A DNA stretch of 48,618 nucleotides, the filler included, from Basidiobolus ranarum (taxonomy: Eukaryota), in NCBI GenBank assembly GCA_040143965.1. It is 2 parts of 2 records of this genome, joined end to end, with 100 filler letters (N's around TTAATTAATTAA, not from the genome) between each part and the next. Parts side by side here need not be neighbours in the genome. Positions count along the whole stretch, not along the records: positions 1 to 24,283 come from JASJQH010000156.1; 1 more part is not named here. One strand, given 5' to 3'. The notes beneath the pieces are model-generated. The model was given only the letters and a program-made list of their open reading frames with translations. It made no database searches and had not been told where the DNA came from. The stretch's first letter is position 1, and each line of letters starts with the position of its first letter. A program made the position numbers and the translations under genes. Shown piece by piece: positions 10,651 to 24,000 of the stretch.

Positions 10651-13600
10651 CTAGTCTATTTCGATAATGGGTTGAGTTTTTCTTTTCTTTAAAGGACTAT
10701 GAGGTGAATGAGTGCGAGATACATCGTTCACAGCAATAAGGGTCCAGAGATAGTGAATATAGACACCGTTGACAGGATCGAGGGCCTTTATACTCGTTAT
10801 CGAGGCTTCAACAGAATCTCGAGAGAAGGTGCCAAAAGGGATTGCTTCAATATCCGCAATGACGGTATTTGTAAGTGTTTTCGTCCAATGTTCAATAGTC
10901 TGTTGAACTGAGGTGATAATCACTTTTGGGTAATAATACACAGATGACAGGCTACATAATTGTTGCATAAAACTCAAGTAAGACTGAACGATATTGTCAA
11001 AGAAAAACTGGGCGACATATTTCAGCTTAATTTGTCCAAAGTCTTTCTCTAACTTAGATAGTAGAATTAGTGTGAGCTGTAAGTATAGGTTTCGACTAAG
11101 GCCTGCGGGTAAGGATATTTTGGAGTGAAGAGAGTGGTTAGAATACCATTCCAGTGAAAGAGTTCTTAAGACTTTTGGCTGTGAGGTGAGGAGACCTAAT
11201 GCGAGTTCTTTGTAAAAAGTAAGTTTGAATGTTGTTAAATCCGAGAAAGTGGTATCTCCGAATACAAGTGAGGCAAAGGTTATTCCAAGGTTGAAAAGAT
11301 CCCCGGAGAGAAGTCGAATCATTTTTCGTATGCATATTTCATAGAACATACAAACAAATACTTCGTTTGAGCCACTCTCTGGATAAACAAGTAGATTGCA
11401 ATCATTTAACCTAAAATATGAAAGAAGCCCGGACAAGCCCTTTACAATCCTTGTTGCCTGATCGTCGTCATCCGAGATTGCTGAGTTTAAAAGATCTTCA
11501 ATATAGCAATGAACAGTACATGCAAGCATGTAAGGGTCTTTGCAAATCAGAATCGAAGTGTTAGGAGGTTGTTCACTTTATGATACAGTTAGATTCAATT
11601 GAAATGTTAGAGAGGTCAATTTGTGAGAAAAGGTCAATCGCATACCATGTGTAGTTGTCAACTATCGATGCTGCGAACTTCTGAAGTTGACTATTGACGG
11701 AATTGATACTGAGATTATGCACTCGACAACAAATTGACTCTCCCAGTTGACCATCATACGAGTGAGCGTGTAATGTCATGAAGAAGGTAGGGCAAAATCT
11801 ATAAAATTGCTACAAACACAAAGGGTTAATGATATCCTTGTAAAAGTTCCATAAATGCAAACCAACTTCAAAACAACAAGAGTTTTCATCTAAATGTGCA
11901 AGAAATTGTTTTAAATCCAGCTGAACGAATTCTACCCATGCAGGATCATTCATTAGGTCGCTTATGGAGAAACAGAGTTCTATCCATGTGGCGATATCTT
12001 GCATTTGATGTCTAGTTGCGGTACAATTGATAAGCCCACCAGAGATGATATCGTTGTAAGAAAGATCAAGGAGGCGCTTTAAGGTTTGGAAGTATACGCT
12101 CATAAATTGAGTGTTCTAAAAATAGGTTCAGATATTCAGAAGTCAGTATGTAGAATCAATAAAGGAAAGACTTACCATATCAATGGTAATATGATTTCCA
12201 AAGAAATTACTTCCCATATCGATAGCTTGTAGCTCTCGAATCAAACATCTCCGGGCCCAATCTGCTGGTTTGGAGGGTACGTGATATCCATTTTGGGAGT
12301 CCTGTGGCTTATCCAGGTAAGATGTCGACAGTTTTCTTAGTATTGGTACAATATGATTGAAATTTAATGGATGGCCCTCCATAGGTATTTCAATGACACG
12401 TTGTATTAATGACTTAGTTTCGCATTGTTGTAAATCGAGAAGATAGACCATTTCTTTGCGAAGAATATATGACAGAATATCGGAACCTAGGCGTTGAGCA
12501 GCTGATATCAAGTGGTCACCTGTAGTACTCTCAAGTTTACCGTATTGATCATAGTATTTACACAGAATCATATTGTCGACGTGCTCTAATAGACGGATTA
12601 ATTCGATACGAGCAAAAGAGTATTTGTGAATTTCACTTCTAATTGGTATTTACCTATAATTGTTTGGCTATTGGAGGATCTTATCAACTCCCAAGTCATC
12701 CACGAGAATAGATCTGGTTGGCGGTATACTATAGGGAGGTCGGCAATCAATGCTCGTATTTTTGAGTCAACCCATTTATCACGCACAGATTCAGCTTTTG
12801 GAAAAGATTGTTTGTTTTCAAGTTCATAAGCAACTTTCCATACGAACTCTCTGGGTATGAGGTCTACAAGAATATCAATTAACTTCACGAGGGTAGGGTT
12901 ACTAATAATGTTGGAAGTTACTTGAATCCTGGGGACAAAGTTGCTCACTGTACGCGACTACTTGTTGATTTTCTGGCTGTTTTAAAAAGGTATCAGACTC
13001 GAGCGACAAAATCAAAAGTTCAAGATTCTTTTGCGGCTGATTGCTAAAAATTTCAAAACCAACAGCAATAACGTAACAAAGTATTGTCAAAAGTGGGTCT
13101 GTATTTAGCTTTCTGGGAAATTGGCCGTGAACATATATCCCGAAGAGCGCCTTCAAAGGTGTTAAAGTGTTGAGAGTGTTGCAGGACGGTGTTTTGGAGC
13201 CGACAGAAGCAATGTGTATGTCAAGACATGATATGTTGATGAATCCAGAGGTTGTAGGATCGCAACTGTTGGGTTTCCAAACCTCCAAGATTATGCATAC
13301 TAGGGCTACAATCAAACAATCATCATTTGAAAGGACAGTTGAGCTGGAATAGATTGATTGATATAGATTCAAATAAATGAACGGGTGGAGAAACTTAAAA
13401 TGTCTCAAGATATCCAAAAAGGCAATTAAATATTTAGCTGTGACGTTCTTTGCCTTTTTTGTCAATATGTTCTGAAGAAGTAATTGGATCACATTCATCA
13501 ACAAAGTCGTCAAGGAATTTGGAATTTTACTACGGCTCAGTGGTTTACACGCGTTTTCATAAAGTTCATGGGATCTAGGGTCATAAATTAATGAATCGGT

Positions 13601-16359
13601 AACATGCATGGATGCGCTATTGTTATTAGTATGATGATTTTGCTCTTCAGATGGGAGATCCAAAAGCACAGCTATAGCCGTTTTGATTTCGTCGATTTTT
13701 TCATTCAGTTTCAAATTATCCAAGTTGAAATCTGTGCAATCTTCGATGTTGTTTAACAGTGTTCCAACTAAACGCTCAAGATTCTTAAAAACCATTTCCT
13801 TGGATATTTCTGGTTGTGTGATTACCAGGGTTTTCACAGGTGATTCATCGGATGAGGCAAGGTCTATAGTGACTGGTGACTTGTCATTTTGAGGTTGCTT
13901 AGTGCTTTCATTCTTCACAGTTTGGGCGAGCTCTAATTTTTTCTGCCGTTTTCTTTCCAAATAACCATCATATATTTTCTTGGCTATTTTCCCGTTTTTA
14001 TACAAGTTTTCTACAAACGATGCTCGAATAGTTGGTGATATAGTCCCAGATACTTCTTCTTCAAGAGGCTCACCATACATCAGATCTGGGAGAAAAGTAT
14101 TTATGTACCAGCGGTTACGAAATACTATGGCCTCCAATAATGCTTGAGGAATACGTGAAGATAACGAGAAAGACACAAGCAGTTTTTCTAGTGATAGTAC
14201 GTGACTGCTTTGCGTGGGTATAGATTGCGGTAGAGTATTTTTGTTCAATTGAATAGATTCCTAAACGCGGTAATGAAGTTGAAGTAGGGGCGTTGCAGTA
14301 GAAATAATGTTAGGAAAACTTACTCCCATATCTAAGAGTCGTGTTTTGAGAAGGGTTATGTAGTCATTGACAATCGACCGCCAACGAGGAAATCCTGAAA
14401 AGGAGTGCAAATTAAGCTAACAGTACATTAGATTTTGGTGAGTGAAAGTCAAAAAAGTACAATATATAATATTCACCTGTAGCATTTTGCTTGATTGGTA
14501 TGGTACCATGTTACTCAAAGTAGAAAATAGAAATTGAGCTTTTCGTTTGGTAGAAAGTATGTTCACATCTTCACGGATGATATTTCGCTTTGATAGAAAA
14601 AAATTAAGGCTATATTGCAAATAAAACGGATACTTCTAGCATCTCTTCTTAAATACCTGTATCCAAATTCGATAGCCGTTTATATGTCTAAATGCCTTTT
14701 CATTCTCTGCTAACCAAGCAAAGGTTAAAACTAGAATCAGCAAATTGGTGTCATATCGTTCTATCGAATTTTCCAAATAATCAGTCAGAGTCTCGAGTAC
14801 TCCACTCTTAGAAAAAGGGTCGAATGAACAAAAGGTGCGGATCAGAGCGAAAACACATGTCAATTCAGAAAATGTCTAGAGAAATCAAGGTCAGAGAAAA
14901 CAAGTTTGGGTAATCTTGACTGTAGCCTACACATACTGATAGATGTCTCCCAATTGAAATAATGCTGTTGATCACTGCGATATTATGATCAGGTACTGGA
15001 ATGCTAGAGTCTCTGTAGGCTTCAAACATTTTCAGAAGAGTAACGAATAGTGGACGGCGATATTCGTATGATGCACTATTATCTTCACAACAAAATATCA
15101 ATGTTATTGGAAATTAAATGGTACGATTGAATGCTATGAATAATATCAACTACCACTATACAACATATTGACCGAGTCTCCACAGACCTTAATATAGTCT
15201 GGCTGGGGCTTTCCATTTAGCTCGTCTAAGGAACATGGCGCTCTGCAGCATATACGCGTAACCTCTCGTATAAAGATATCTTGGACAGCGAGGGAGGTTC
15301 TTATTTCCTCTAAGGCAAATGTATTCTGAATTATGAAATCCAGCGTATATTGATAAACTGAAATTTTCGGAGCATCGATACTTGAATGAAATAAACGTTT
15401 AGAATTGTCAACAGTAAAGTTAGCTGATCGTTAGACCTTTACCTCCAATTCAAGAAGTTGTTGATGTCTTGTTCAAGGATACTGTGAAATATCTGCTCAA
15501 TGAATTTCATGTGCCGAAAGCTGTAACTCTCTCTTTCATTTTCACTTGCGAGAGAGAGATTAATGATTCTTAGGGCACTTTTTAAGAAATCTAGTATATA
15601 CAAGGTAGTATTATGAGAGATTAATATGAAGGAGACCGTGGCTTTTATTCGAGATAAAGACTGACCATCGAAAACTTCGTTCGCTTGTAATTGTCCATCT
15701 GTGGTTAAAACCATTTCTTTCAAATCATGGACAATGAATTGCTCGACTGATATCAATTGCTCAAATATCATTTCCTCTGACATAACGCCAGGAAGTTGTG
15801 TTCTAAGGCAATACAATAAAGAAAGAATACATATCTGAGATGAAAGGTTTTCCTCGGTCCGCCGTTCCCTACCTTGTCCGTACGAATTGAGCAATACGCC
15901 CATAAAGCGTTTCATATCAAATTCTGCTTCTGCGGTGAGCTTCTTTATCACACCACAGATAGTCTCAAACTATATTAAAGAATAGGTTCGTAAATTTCAC
16001 TAACAGGATCTAGAAATTAAATACAAACTATAATGTACCTGATCACTGGTATCGCATTTCAATAGCCAACGAGCCATTTCGCGCGCAACATATCGAGCAA
16101 AAGGTATCCCAAGATATTGGGCTTCTACCTTGAGCTTTACGCTCACTTGTTCAATATTACATGCTTTAAACACCAAAATCAAATTTAAAAATAATCCCTT
16201 CCTATTTATCAAATTTTCTTTAGAAGTACCTTCTATTTTTCCAAGATTTTTTAACAGAAAGATATTTTGTGCAAGGTAATGATTTTCTTCAAAGACTAAA
16301 GATTCAAAGTCTTCGTCATCCTCAAGATCGTTAATGATTTCGTTATATCTCTCTAACAT
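10651..16359 (-). CDS. FANCA: Large multi-exon (about 13 exons) alpha-helical protein, Fanconi anaemia complementation group A-like; start codon and some exon borders approximate
   Basis: Chain of same-strand ORFs; the junctions inspected can be bridged by GT-AG introns. Consecutive exons give GYRIWIQ...STKRKAQFLFSTLSNMVPYQSSKMLQ...WRSIVNDYITLLKTRLLDMG...RIPQALLEAIVFRNRWYINTFLPDLM...IRASFVENLYKNGKIAKKIYDGYLE. This is collinear with vertebrate FANCA as I recall it (SYADWF...[25 protein letters not shown]...YRSLLTDYISLAKTRLADL...[25 protein letters not shown]...RVAFIESLKRADKIP). C-terminal NLS-like PLKKRK. Confidence 0.75.
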
Positions 16360-16435
16360 CAATTGCGGAGTATTGAAACAAACCAACGATCATGGTGAAT
16401 TATATGTTTGAATGTTAGTGTATTTTTATTAATCT

Positions 16436-16446
16436 TTCACGTGACC
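16436..16446. promoter_or_regulatory. Palindromic E-box TCACGTGA(C) in the ~240-bp divergent intergenic region between the FANCA-like gene and ATG12
   Basis: ttcacgtgacc at 16436-16446, about 150 bp upstream of the ATG12 start and about 80 bp upstream of the FANCA-like start. Confidence 0.4.
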
Positions 16447-16596
16447 TTTGTTACTTCCAATTTGATTATTGTTCAGATGAGTTTTAAAAGCCACATTATC
16501 CTACCATGAGCAGCACAAACAATTTTTACAATTCACAAACAGTGGCATTTTAAAGAGTAGTATACCTGGCGAGGATAGCAAAAAGAAGTTATAATT

Positions 16597-17283
16597 ATGA
16601 GCTTTCAAAACACATCATCCGATGTCGAGGCTCCGGTATCACCAACTATTAATAATGACACGGATTCCACTTCCCCTATTAATGCCAACTACCCTACTCA
16701 AAATGTTTCTTTTACGGATCCATTAGCTCAATACAAAAAAAAAGACACAACGAAAGGTAATTATTTTTTACTACTATCTGATAAATATACCACACTCCAA
16801 AAGTTCAAAACTAAAGTTGACTTAATTTTCTCTTGGACTAGTGGTTGTTCGGTTTCGAGCTATAGGAAACGCGCCGATTTTGCGACAAACCTTGTACAAA
16901 ATCACTGCTTCCCATAAATTTCAGACTGTCATTATGTTTCTCCGTAAGGAACTCAAATACAAGGGTACCGAACCTTTGGTAACATTAGTCTTCACATAAT
17001 TCGTATTTCAGTGTATCAATCACTCCAAGATTTAACTGACTTGAATCCTTCCAAATTAAGTTTATGTACATAAATAGTGCTTTCTCACCCGCCCCAGACG
17101 AATTGGTATCTAATTTATACAAGGTAAGCCATTAGAGAGGGCTGTTGAGTCATGTTGAGTTTAAACATACAATTGAATTGAACTCGGTTATTAGCATATT
17201 ACTAAGTATACTTAATTCCATAGTCATTCAGTGTAGATGGCCAACTCATCATCAATTATTGCACTACTGCCGCCTGGGGATAA
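16597..17283 (+). CDS. ATG12: Ubiquitin-like autophagy protein Atg12; exons 16597-16756, 16842-16978, 17061-17123, 17224-17283
   Basis: Only exon 1 appears in the ORF track. Splicing gives ...KKDTTKVVVRFRAIGNAPILRQTLYKITASHKFQTVIMFLRKELKYKGTEPLFMYINSAFSPAPDELVSNLYKSFSVDGQLIINYCTTAAWG*, with the diagnostic AIGNAPIL, YINSAFSPAPD and C-terminal AWG conjugation glycine. Confidence 0.96.
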
Positions 17284-17747
17284 CATTTTTTCGTAACGGC
17301 AAGGATTGTCTATCAAACTCATTTAGTACCTGTAGTCAGACAAATTACGAGCAGAGAATAAAATATATCACTACAAAATCGGATAGGTTAAGTATTTATC
17401 TCATGTATTGTAAATTTGAAATTTTTATTAAGAGCCCGTGATATATGCCTATCTAAATGCCATTTTATGTGAAATTAGCTTGTGTGAACTAAAGAGAAGA
17501 GAGTAAAAGCAGTTCAATACAAGAGATCTCATAATATACAATAACGACGTATTACGTAGACAACGGCATCATTTCATAGTCTATTAGCTACGATATGAAC
17601 GAAGCGAAGCAAGGCTGTTACATGGAATTGTAATAAATAAGTTTTTTTTATAAAATCAATAAATTATTCCGTAACTTAAAGTAACTGTGATGTAAGCTAC
17701 TCGATAGCCGCTCCCCTATCTACGTCTACCACACTCAGGGTAGCACT

Positions 17748-20203
17748 CTAGCGCTTGAGATTCTCCATCATTTCACGAAGCACAGATGTTGCCTTATTAA
17801 TGTTTTTTCCAAGCTTAGCTGATACCGGAATAATTTGATGCTCAACGATCGACTGGAAATGTTCAAAATTTCCTTTGGCTACATTGGAAATGTCAGCTTT
17901 GTTTCCGATAATAAGTGAAGGGCGTTTTGTCAATCCCGGCTTGTAGAGCTCCAATTCGCTACGAAGTAGATTCAAATCATTCCATGGAGCTTCTTTCGAA
18001 AGATCAATCACGTAAACCAATATATTGCTACGCTCAATATGGCGTAGAAAAGAGTTACCAAGGCCCATATTTTGATGGGCCCCCTCAACCAGTCCTGGGA
18101 TATCAGCCATGGTTATCCTGTAGAAGTCAGGATATTGAACAGTTCCAACACAAGGATTCACAGTAGTGAAGGGATATGGGCCAACTTTAGGATAGGCATT
18201 CGAAATTGATCTCAAGAAGGTGGATTTCCCCGCATTAGGAAGACCAACAAGACCGGCGTCAGCAATGGTTTTTAACTCCAATTCCAAACAACGAACTTGA
18301 CCACGAAGTCCTTTGGTCGCAAATTTGGGATGTTTGTTTTCCTTGTTAGCAAAATATGGATTACCAAAACCACCCTGTCCACCGTAACATAATAAATGTT
18401 TCTGGCCATCGACCTCAAAATCTAACTCACGTTTCTCTTGGCGATGAGGAGAGGTAAATGGATACACAATATCCGTGAATTTGTTGTTCAAGTTCTTTTT
18501 TGTCCATCCTGGATAGTGGATAAAGTAGTCGTTTTTAGCCTCTGAAAACTCCTCATTTTCGTTGGGAAGGTCAACTTCACGAACCACAGTACCAACAGGA
18601 ACTCGAATTATAACATCTGCTCCGGATTTTCCTTCTTGTGCTCTAGCTTTTCCATTGAAGCCTCGTCTTCCATGGATTTTCAGACTTACAGAGCTTAACG
18701 AAGCCAGATCTTTAGTGGCCTCAAAATATATCGATCCACCTTGACCACCATCTCCTCCATCAGCCGTTATTTTAAGGCCGTGCTTAGCTTTAAGGAAGCT
18801 GACGCAGCCATCTCCACCATAACCTCCCGCGACCAAGACTTGTTTAAAGTCACAATAGTCTGCTACCTACGAGGAGTTAGATAATCATTAGAAATCAGAG
18901 AGGAATACGACTTCTAGAAGTATATAGTTACCTTGTTATCAGTATATCGAAGCCTTTCTCGTTCAGTTCTTTGCCCAGCTATAGCTTCGGTTTGATTTAC
19001 AACATTGGGTTGAGAGCTAAGGGCAGCAGAGTCATATTCAACATATTTCTTTGGATTTTTCGGACTGTAATCATCGTTCTCAACCTCATAGTTCCTTAAT
19101 GCCTTCCTGGATTTTCGTGATGATTTTTCTGACTCATCTAGATATAATAGCTTTTCATCTACCTCGGCTCGAAATGTTGGCAGATCTGATTTGTTCATAT
19201 TTGAACGTCGCTCTCTAGCCACCCTTTCTAGCTGACTTCTATTTCTTTGCAGTTGATCGACAGTCACATTCTCATCGATATACAAGTCATTCATTAATCG
19301 ATGTGGATTGCTGTTTAGTTTTTGAAGTAACCGACTAAAAGTTCGCTGCTCTACATATTCCAGATCGATATCTTCTAAAATCACTTTCTTGTCAGTGCTA
19401 GAGTTTTGGGCCCATCGTGAATATGTTAAACCCGGAATATAGTCGCCTAGGTCGCCTTTTTTGGTCTCAAACTGGAAATCATACTTATTTACCGGCTTGG
19501 CTGCTACCACATTTTCGAATTCAATCCTTTCGTCGATCTCTGTGATATCATGCTTTAGCTTCTGTAAGTTGGCCGGTTTGATGCTTCTTTTATATTTGAC
19601 ATCATCATCCTCAAAAATCAATCTCTCACCACACTCTAGGCTAGTATCAAGGCCAGTCGAGTCATCAAAGTCAACACTATTCTCCGAAAAATTTTTATCG
19701 AATTCTATACTTTCATTTTCAATATTTGATAATTCGTCTAATGGTACAATATGCTTATCTCTCCCCACTATCTCGTAATCTGATTCATTAGTGTGAATGT
19801 TCATAGTGTCTGATGCATGTTGACGCTGTTCAATTTCGAAACCCAAATCTTTCTCTCGATAATTGTCGCCATATTTTGACCGAGTCTGAATTCGCCTAGG
19901 GCTGCAACTGACAGAATTTGAGGAGTCGGTACAGTCTCGATACATATCATTTGAGTTGAACTCTTCTTCGTAAATATCTGTATCGTTATCCCAACCATTT
20001 ACAAATGCTCTAAGTTCAGCTTTATCGATATCAAACACACTGCGCGGCTTTTTTGTTGGAGATTTCAAAGAAACTTCAGTAGCAAAGGAAGGCTGTGCAG
20101 AAAGCAATCTGCAGAAGACAGTTGAGTTTCTCTTCAACGGGTGAGTTACTTTAGAACACAAGCCCAACCGGTCCAGTTGAATAAAGCGTCTTATTGGAAA
20201 CAT
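17748..20203 (-). CDS. MTG2: Obg/CgtA-family GTPase, mitochondrial MTG2-like, with long N-terminal extension; exons 20203-18932 and 18866-17748
   Basis: Gly-rich Obg fold (GGYGGDGCVSF, GGDGGQGG, GGQGGFGN), LELKTIADAGLVGLPNAGKST (G1), YPFTT (G2), DIPG (G3), NKAD (G4), SAK (G5). Intron 18867-18931 (GTAACT...CTAAC...TAG) fuses the upstream ORF in frame. The Arg/Ser/Leu-rich N-terminus resembles a mitochondrial presequence. Confidence 0.88.
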
Positions 20204-21061
20204 TGATATGCCCAGCTGTAAAGATTGGTGCTTATTTAGTGAACTGGATATCACGTTTAGTAATTTTCTCGATTAATCTTCTTAACTGATGGCCAAAGTA
20301 TATAATATATATAATATAGTCCAGTTGATATCTTTAGCGAGTGTAATGATAAAAATCATATTTATTGCTACACTAGGAAAAATACGCCGATGTAATTCTG
20401 AAGCTGACAGCAAATATTTTCATGATTTATCAATGATCGATACAAATCATTTTATACAGTAATCAATATTTTTGACAAGCGAATGGGACAAAAGACCACA
20501 ACAAAAGCTCAAGCAATAGGCACATGTTGGCTTCAAGCGACTCCAATACCTGTAATGAATATACATACCATGTGATTTCTTTATATTGAGAATTATGCCA
20601 CTGTTGGCCAAAAATTGTCTGCTCTTTTTTCTGCATGTTCTGCGTAAGCTTGAACTCAGAACTCCATGTCAACTCGATTTGATGGAGTCATTACCTTACG
20701 TGGTGTTTTAGTGCCAATCGTGCTAATACCTGGGGAACACACAAATGATGCATAATATAAACGTAATATTGTGCCAAATATCCAAGTTTATATGCGACTT
20801 TCCAAGTGAATTATGTCAATTGGTTGGTCGTTATTCATTGGTCAGAACAACTCTAATAAATTTATTATTACGAGTGGATCATTGAACCCCTTACTTTTTA
20901 TTTGTATTCACTTGTTTCGTTATCTAAATTCATCTATTGCCTTTTTGTTATATTATACATATACATTTACGAGTCTTTACTGGTGTGTTACTGCGAGTTC
21001 ATTTCGTTGACATCTTGACTCAGTAATTTTCCTTTAGACAAATATATTTACACCCTTTTAA

Positions 21062-24000
21062 ATGTCGACTGCCGATAAACGGCTCAATTCCAAAGGCCAG
21101 GTAGATGATGGACCTATCCCATTTTTCGGAAATTCTGGTGGTGATACCGATTTGTTTGGGTCTTTGGTGAGCAGTCAACCATCTACTCAACCTACTCAAC
21201 CTAATGGCTGGCAAAACCCCTCATATAATGATAAAGCCTCTATTCCTCCGCGTAGTAATTCCACCGCTCCGGTTACTCAGTCTGCAGTAAGTCAACCTTT
21301 CTCACCACAGTATCCTACACCCCAACGCCCCAAAACCACCGATCCTTCTGTTGGCCAAGGCTCTGAAAATGTCAGTTCTTTTTTTGACAATTATTCAGCT
21401 ACACAAAACGTGACTGCTGAGCCTTCTAGGCAAAGTCAAGGCTTTTTGAATTCGGCTCAAAATTCTCAGGATGCTTCTTTCTTCGATAATCCCAATTATG
21501 GTCAACAAATTCAGGGTCACGAAGTGCAAGCTCAGAGTCCTTCATCATATAATGCTTATCAGCCACAATCGTATGCAGACTCTAGTACTCAACAATATGA
21601 GGCTGGTTCTAAGGATGCTGACTGGTATACCCAAAATGGTTATCAACAAAATGCAGGGTATCAAGGTGTGGAGGGAGCCTATGCACAGCAGCCTCAATAT
21701 CAAGAAAACTATACTGGATATCAGCAAACAGCTGGACATGATTATGGTGCATACAATGAAAACTATTATGAGGGTTACGATCAACAGTTGGCTAGCCAAC
21801 AAGACCCATCGGCAGCGGGTTATTATAGTCATGGTCAGGAATATTCAGACCCTAACTATGTCGATCCAAATGCTGAATACCAGAACCAAGGATATACCGA
21901 AGGATACGGGTACGATTATACTCAAGGATATGACTATAATTCTTCAGCATACGACCCAGCTTATGCTGATTATTATCAACAACAAGGCTACGAGGGCCAG
22001 TACGCTGAAGGAGGTGAAGGGTATATTCAACCGGTAGGAGAAGCAGTAGCTGCAGTTGATTCATCTAATTCTCATTACCATCAACAATCTACATACACAC
22101 ATCCTACCCAGGTGGCAGAAAGTTCACCAAATTACCAGGGACAAGAAATGGCGGAAACCCAAAACTATACCGATCCAGGTGCCTTTTTTGAATCGTTCCC
22201 AGCAGATCAAAATCAGGCTCATTATGAGCAAGATTATTCCTTACCTGAATCTTCCAATGGTTATCTAGGAGAGGAAGCATACAGCCCGCTATCTTTCCAA
22301 GACCAAACTGTCCCGGATAGCCCTGCTGTTGCGTTGATTAATCCAAGCGAGGAGCCAGAGATTTCTAAACAGCCCAACAAAGGCGCTAATGAGATTCAGC
22401 CTCAAGGTCAGTACATATCTGATTTCACAAAGGGATCAGATGTTTCAAATACCAACGACACTCAAGAACATTCAGTTCCTGATGATGAAGTAAGTATCGT
22501 CAAAGATAACTCGGATATATTCGAGACTGCCGAAGATCCCGTAATCAAGCAAGTAGTCCATGAGGAACCCAAGGGGAATGACAAGAAACCTCCAGTTACA
22601 AAACCATTGGAGCAAGTTGATAATAGTGATCCTTTAGGGCAAACAGAGGACATCGATATCAATGACCCTTCATTGTTTGATACTGCCGCCGATATGTTGA
22701 GTAGTTTTGTCGGAGGAGCCTCATATACAAGTGATAAACCGGAGTCTCCTAAATCACATGATGACCAACGTAGTTCTTTCGAGCAAAGTCATTCCCAATC
22801 TGATAACTTAGATGATTTGGATGATTTGGTATTGGGCTCAACATCAAGCCTTCAGGACACAGGTTCACTTGAAAAGACTAAGGAATTAACATCTGAATCT
22901 CCATATGGATTTGATACCATAATCAGAGGAGAAGCTAGTCCAGATATAGTATCTTTACCGTCTGATCATGGTTCAGATCATGTGTCCATTGAGGGAAATA
23001 GTACACAGCAGACTAGCAATCAGAAAGTCGAGGCTAAATCAGATGTTATCTCCGATATTGAGTCGATAATCAAATCGCCTGAATCTTCCGTTGAACAATC
23101 ACCTCCAGCCTCCACTGAGAGTATTTCACTAAAGGAGACTGATGCTAAAGGTGACGAGCATGTTAAGAAAGAGGAGAGCGTTGAATACAATTCAGAGGCT
23201 GGTAATAACCCACTTGGCCTTAGTAATCTGGATGTTAAGAGTGATGTCTCCTTTAGTCAAGATAAGGATGAATCATCTAAGGAACTTTCTACTGGTCTTG
23301 CTCAACCAAATCATAATGCCCAATTCTTTGATGATATCGTAAGTTCTTCTGCTGAAGACCAACTCAAAGCTGTGGAATTACCATTGGATCAAGATTCCCA
23401 AAGCAATCTCAACTCTCATGAGCAAGATTCTATCAACGATGGTGTACAACTTGGTAATGACCTACACCAGTTGCCGATTGAAACTAGTTCTGACGTTTTG
23501 AAATTACCTCATGACACTCAGGATCTTACTGTTGTTAACCAGGAGAGTTCGGGAATTACAAATGATGCTGGAGATGAGGTTTTGACGGAAGCCAATTACC
23601 AAAATCAGGAAGCAAATGAATCTAAGTATCCTGAACAAGGAGAAATGGCAGAGCCTGAGGTTGAAATTGAGCAGAAGCCTATAGAAAAGGATCCTTTTGA
23701 GTTTGGTGGCGTCGTAGCAGTTGACGAGAGCGCTGCTAATGATGCGCAAGAGTCTTCCCAGAACGAAGAGATGTTCAGTCCCAATCATGATGATGTAGAA
23801 CAGTACCATGTAAATACTGATCTTAAACTTGAGAACGATGCATCTGATGCTATTCCAGAACATGCTTCGGATGCTCAGACCCATTATCATCAGAACTCTT
23901 ACGGAGTAACAGAGTATTATCAAAATAATCAAGCCAATAATCTTAAATCAGAACAGCACGAAGAAACCCCGGAAATGAATACTCAGCAAGCTTCCGAAAA

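Noticed and set aside
12598-15101. Overlapping or abutting ORFs in different frames suggesting frameshifts in the FANCA-like gene
   Set aside because: The junctions checked can be bridged by short GT-AG introns (clearly at ~14875-14935, plausibly at ~12902-12953), so no pseudogenisation is needed.
21540-22030. Quasi-repetitive Tyr/Gln/Gly-rich DNA resembling a repeat array
   Set aside because: No fixed-length nucleotide repeat or spacer structure; it is low-complexity coding sequence, not CRISPR-like.
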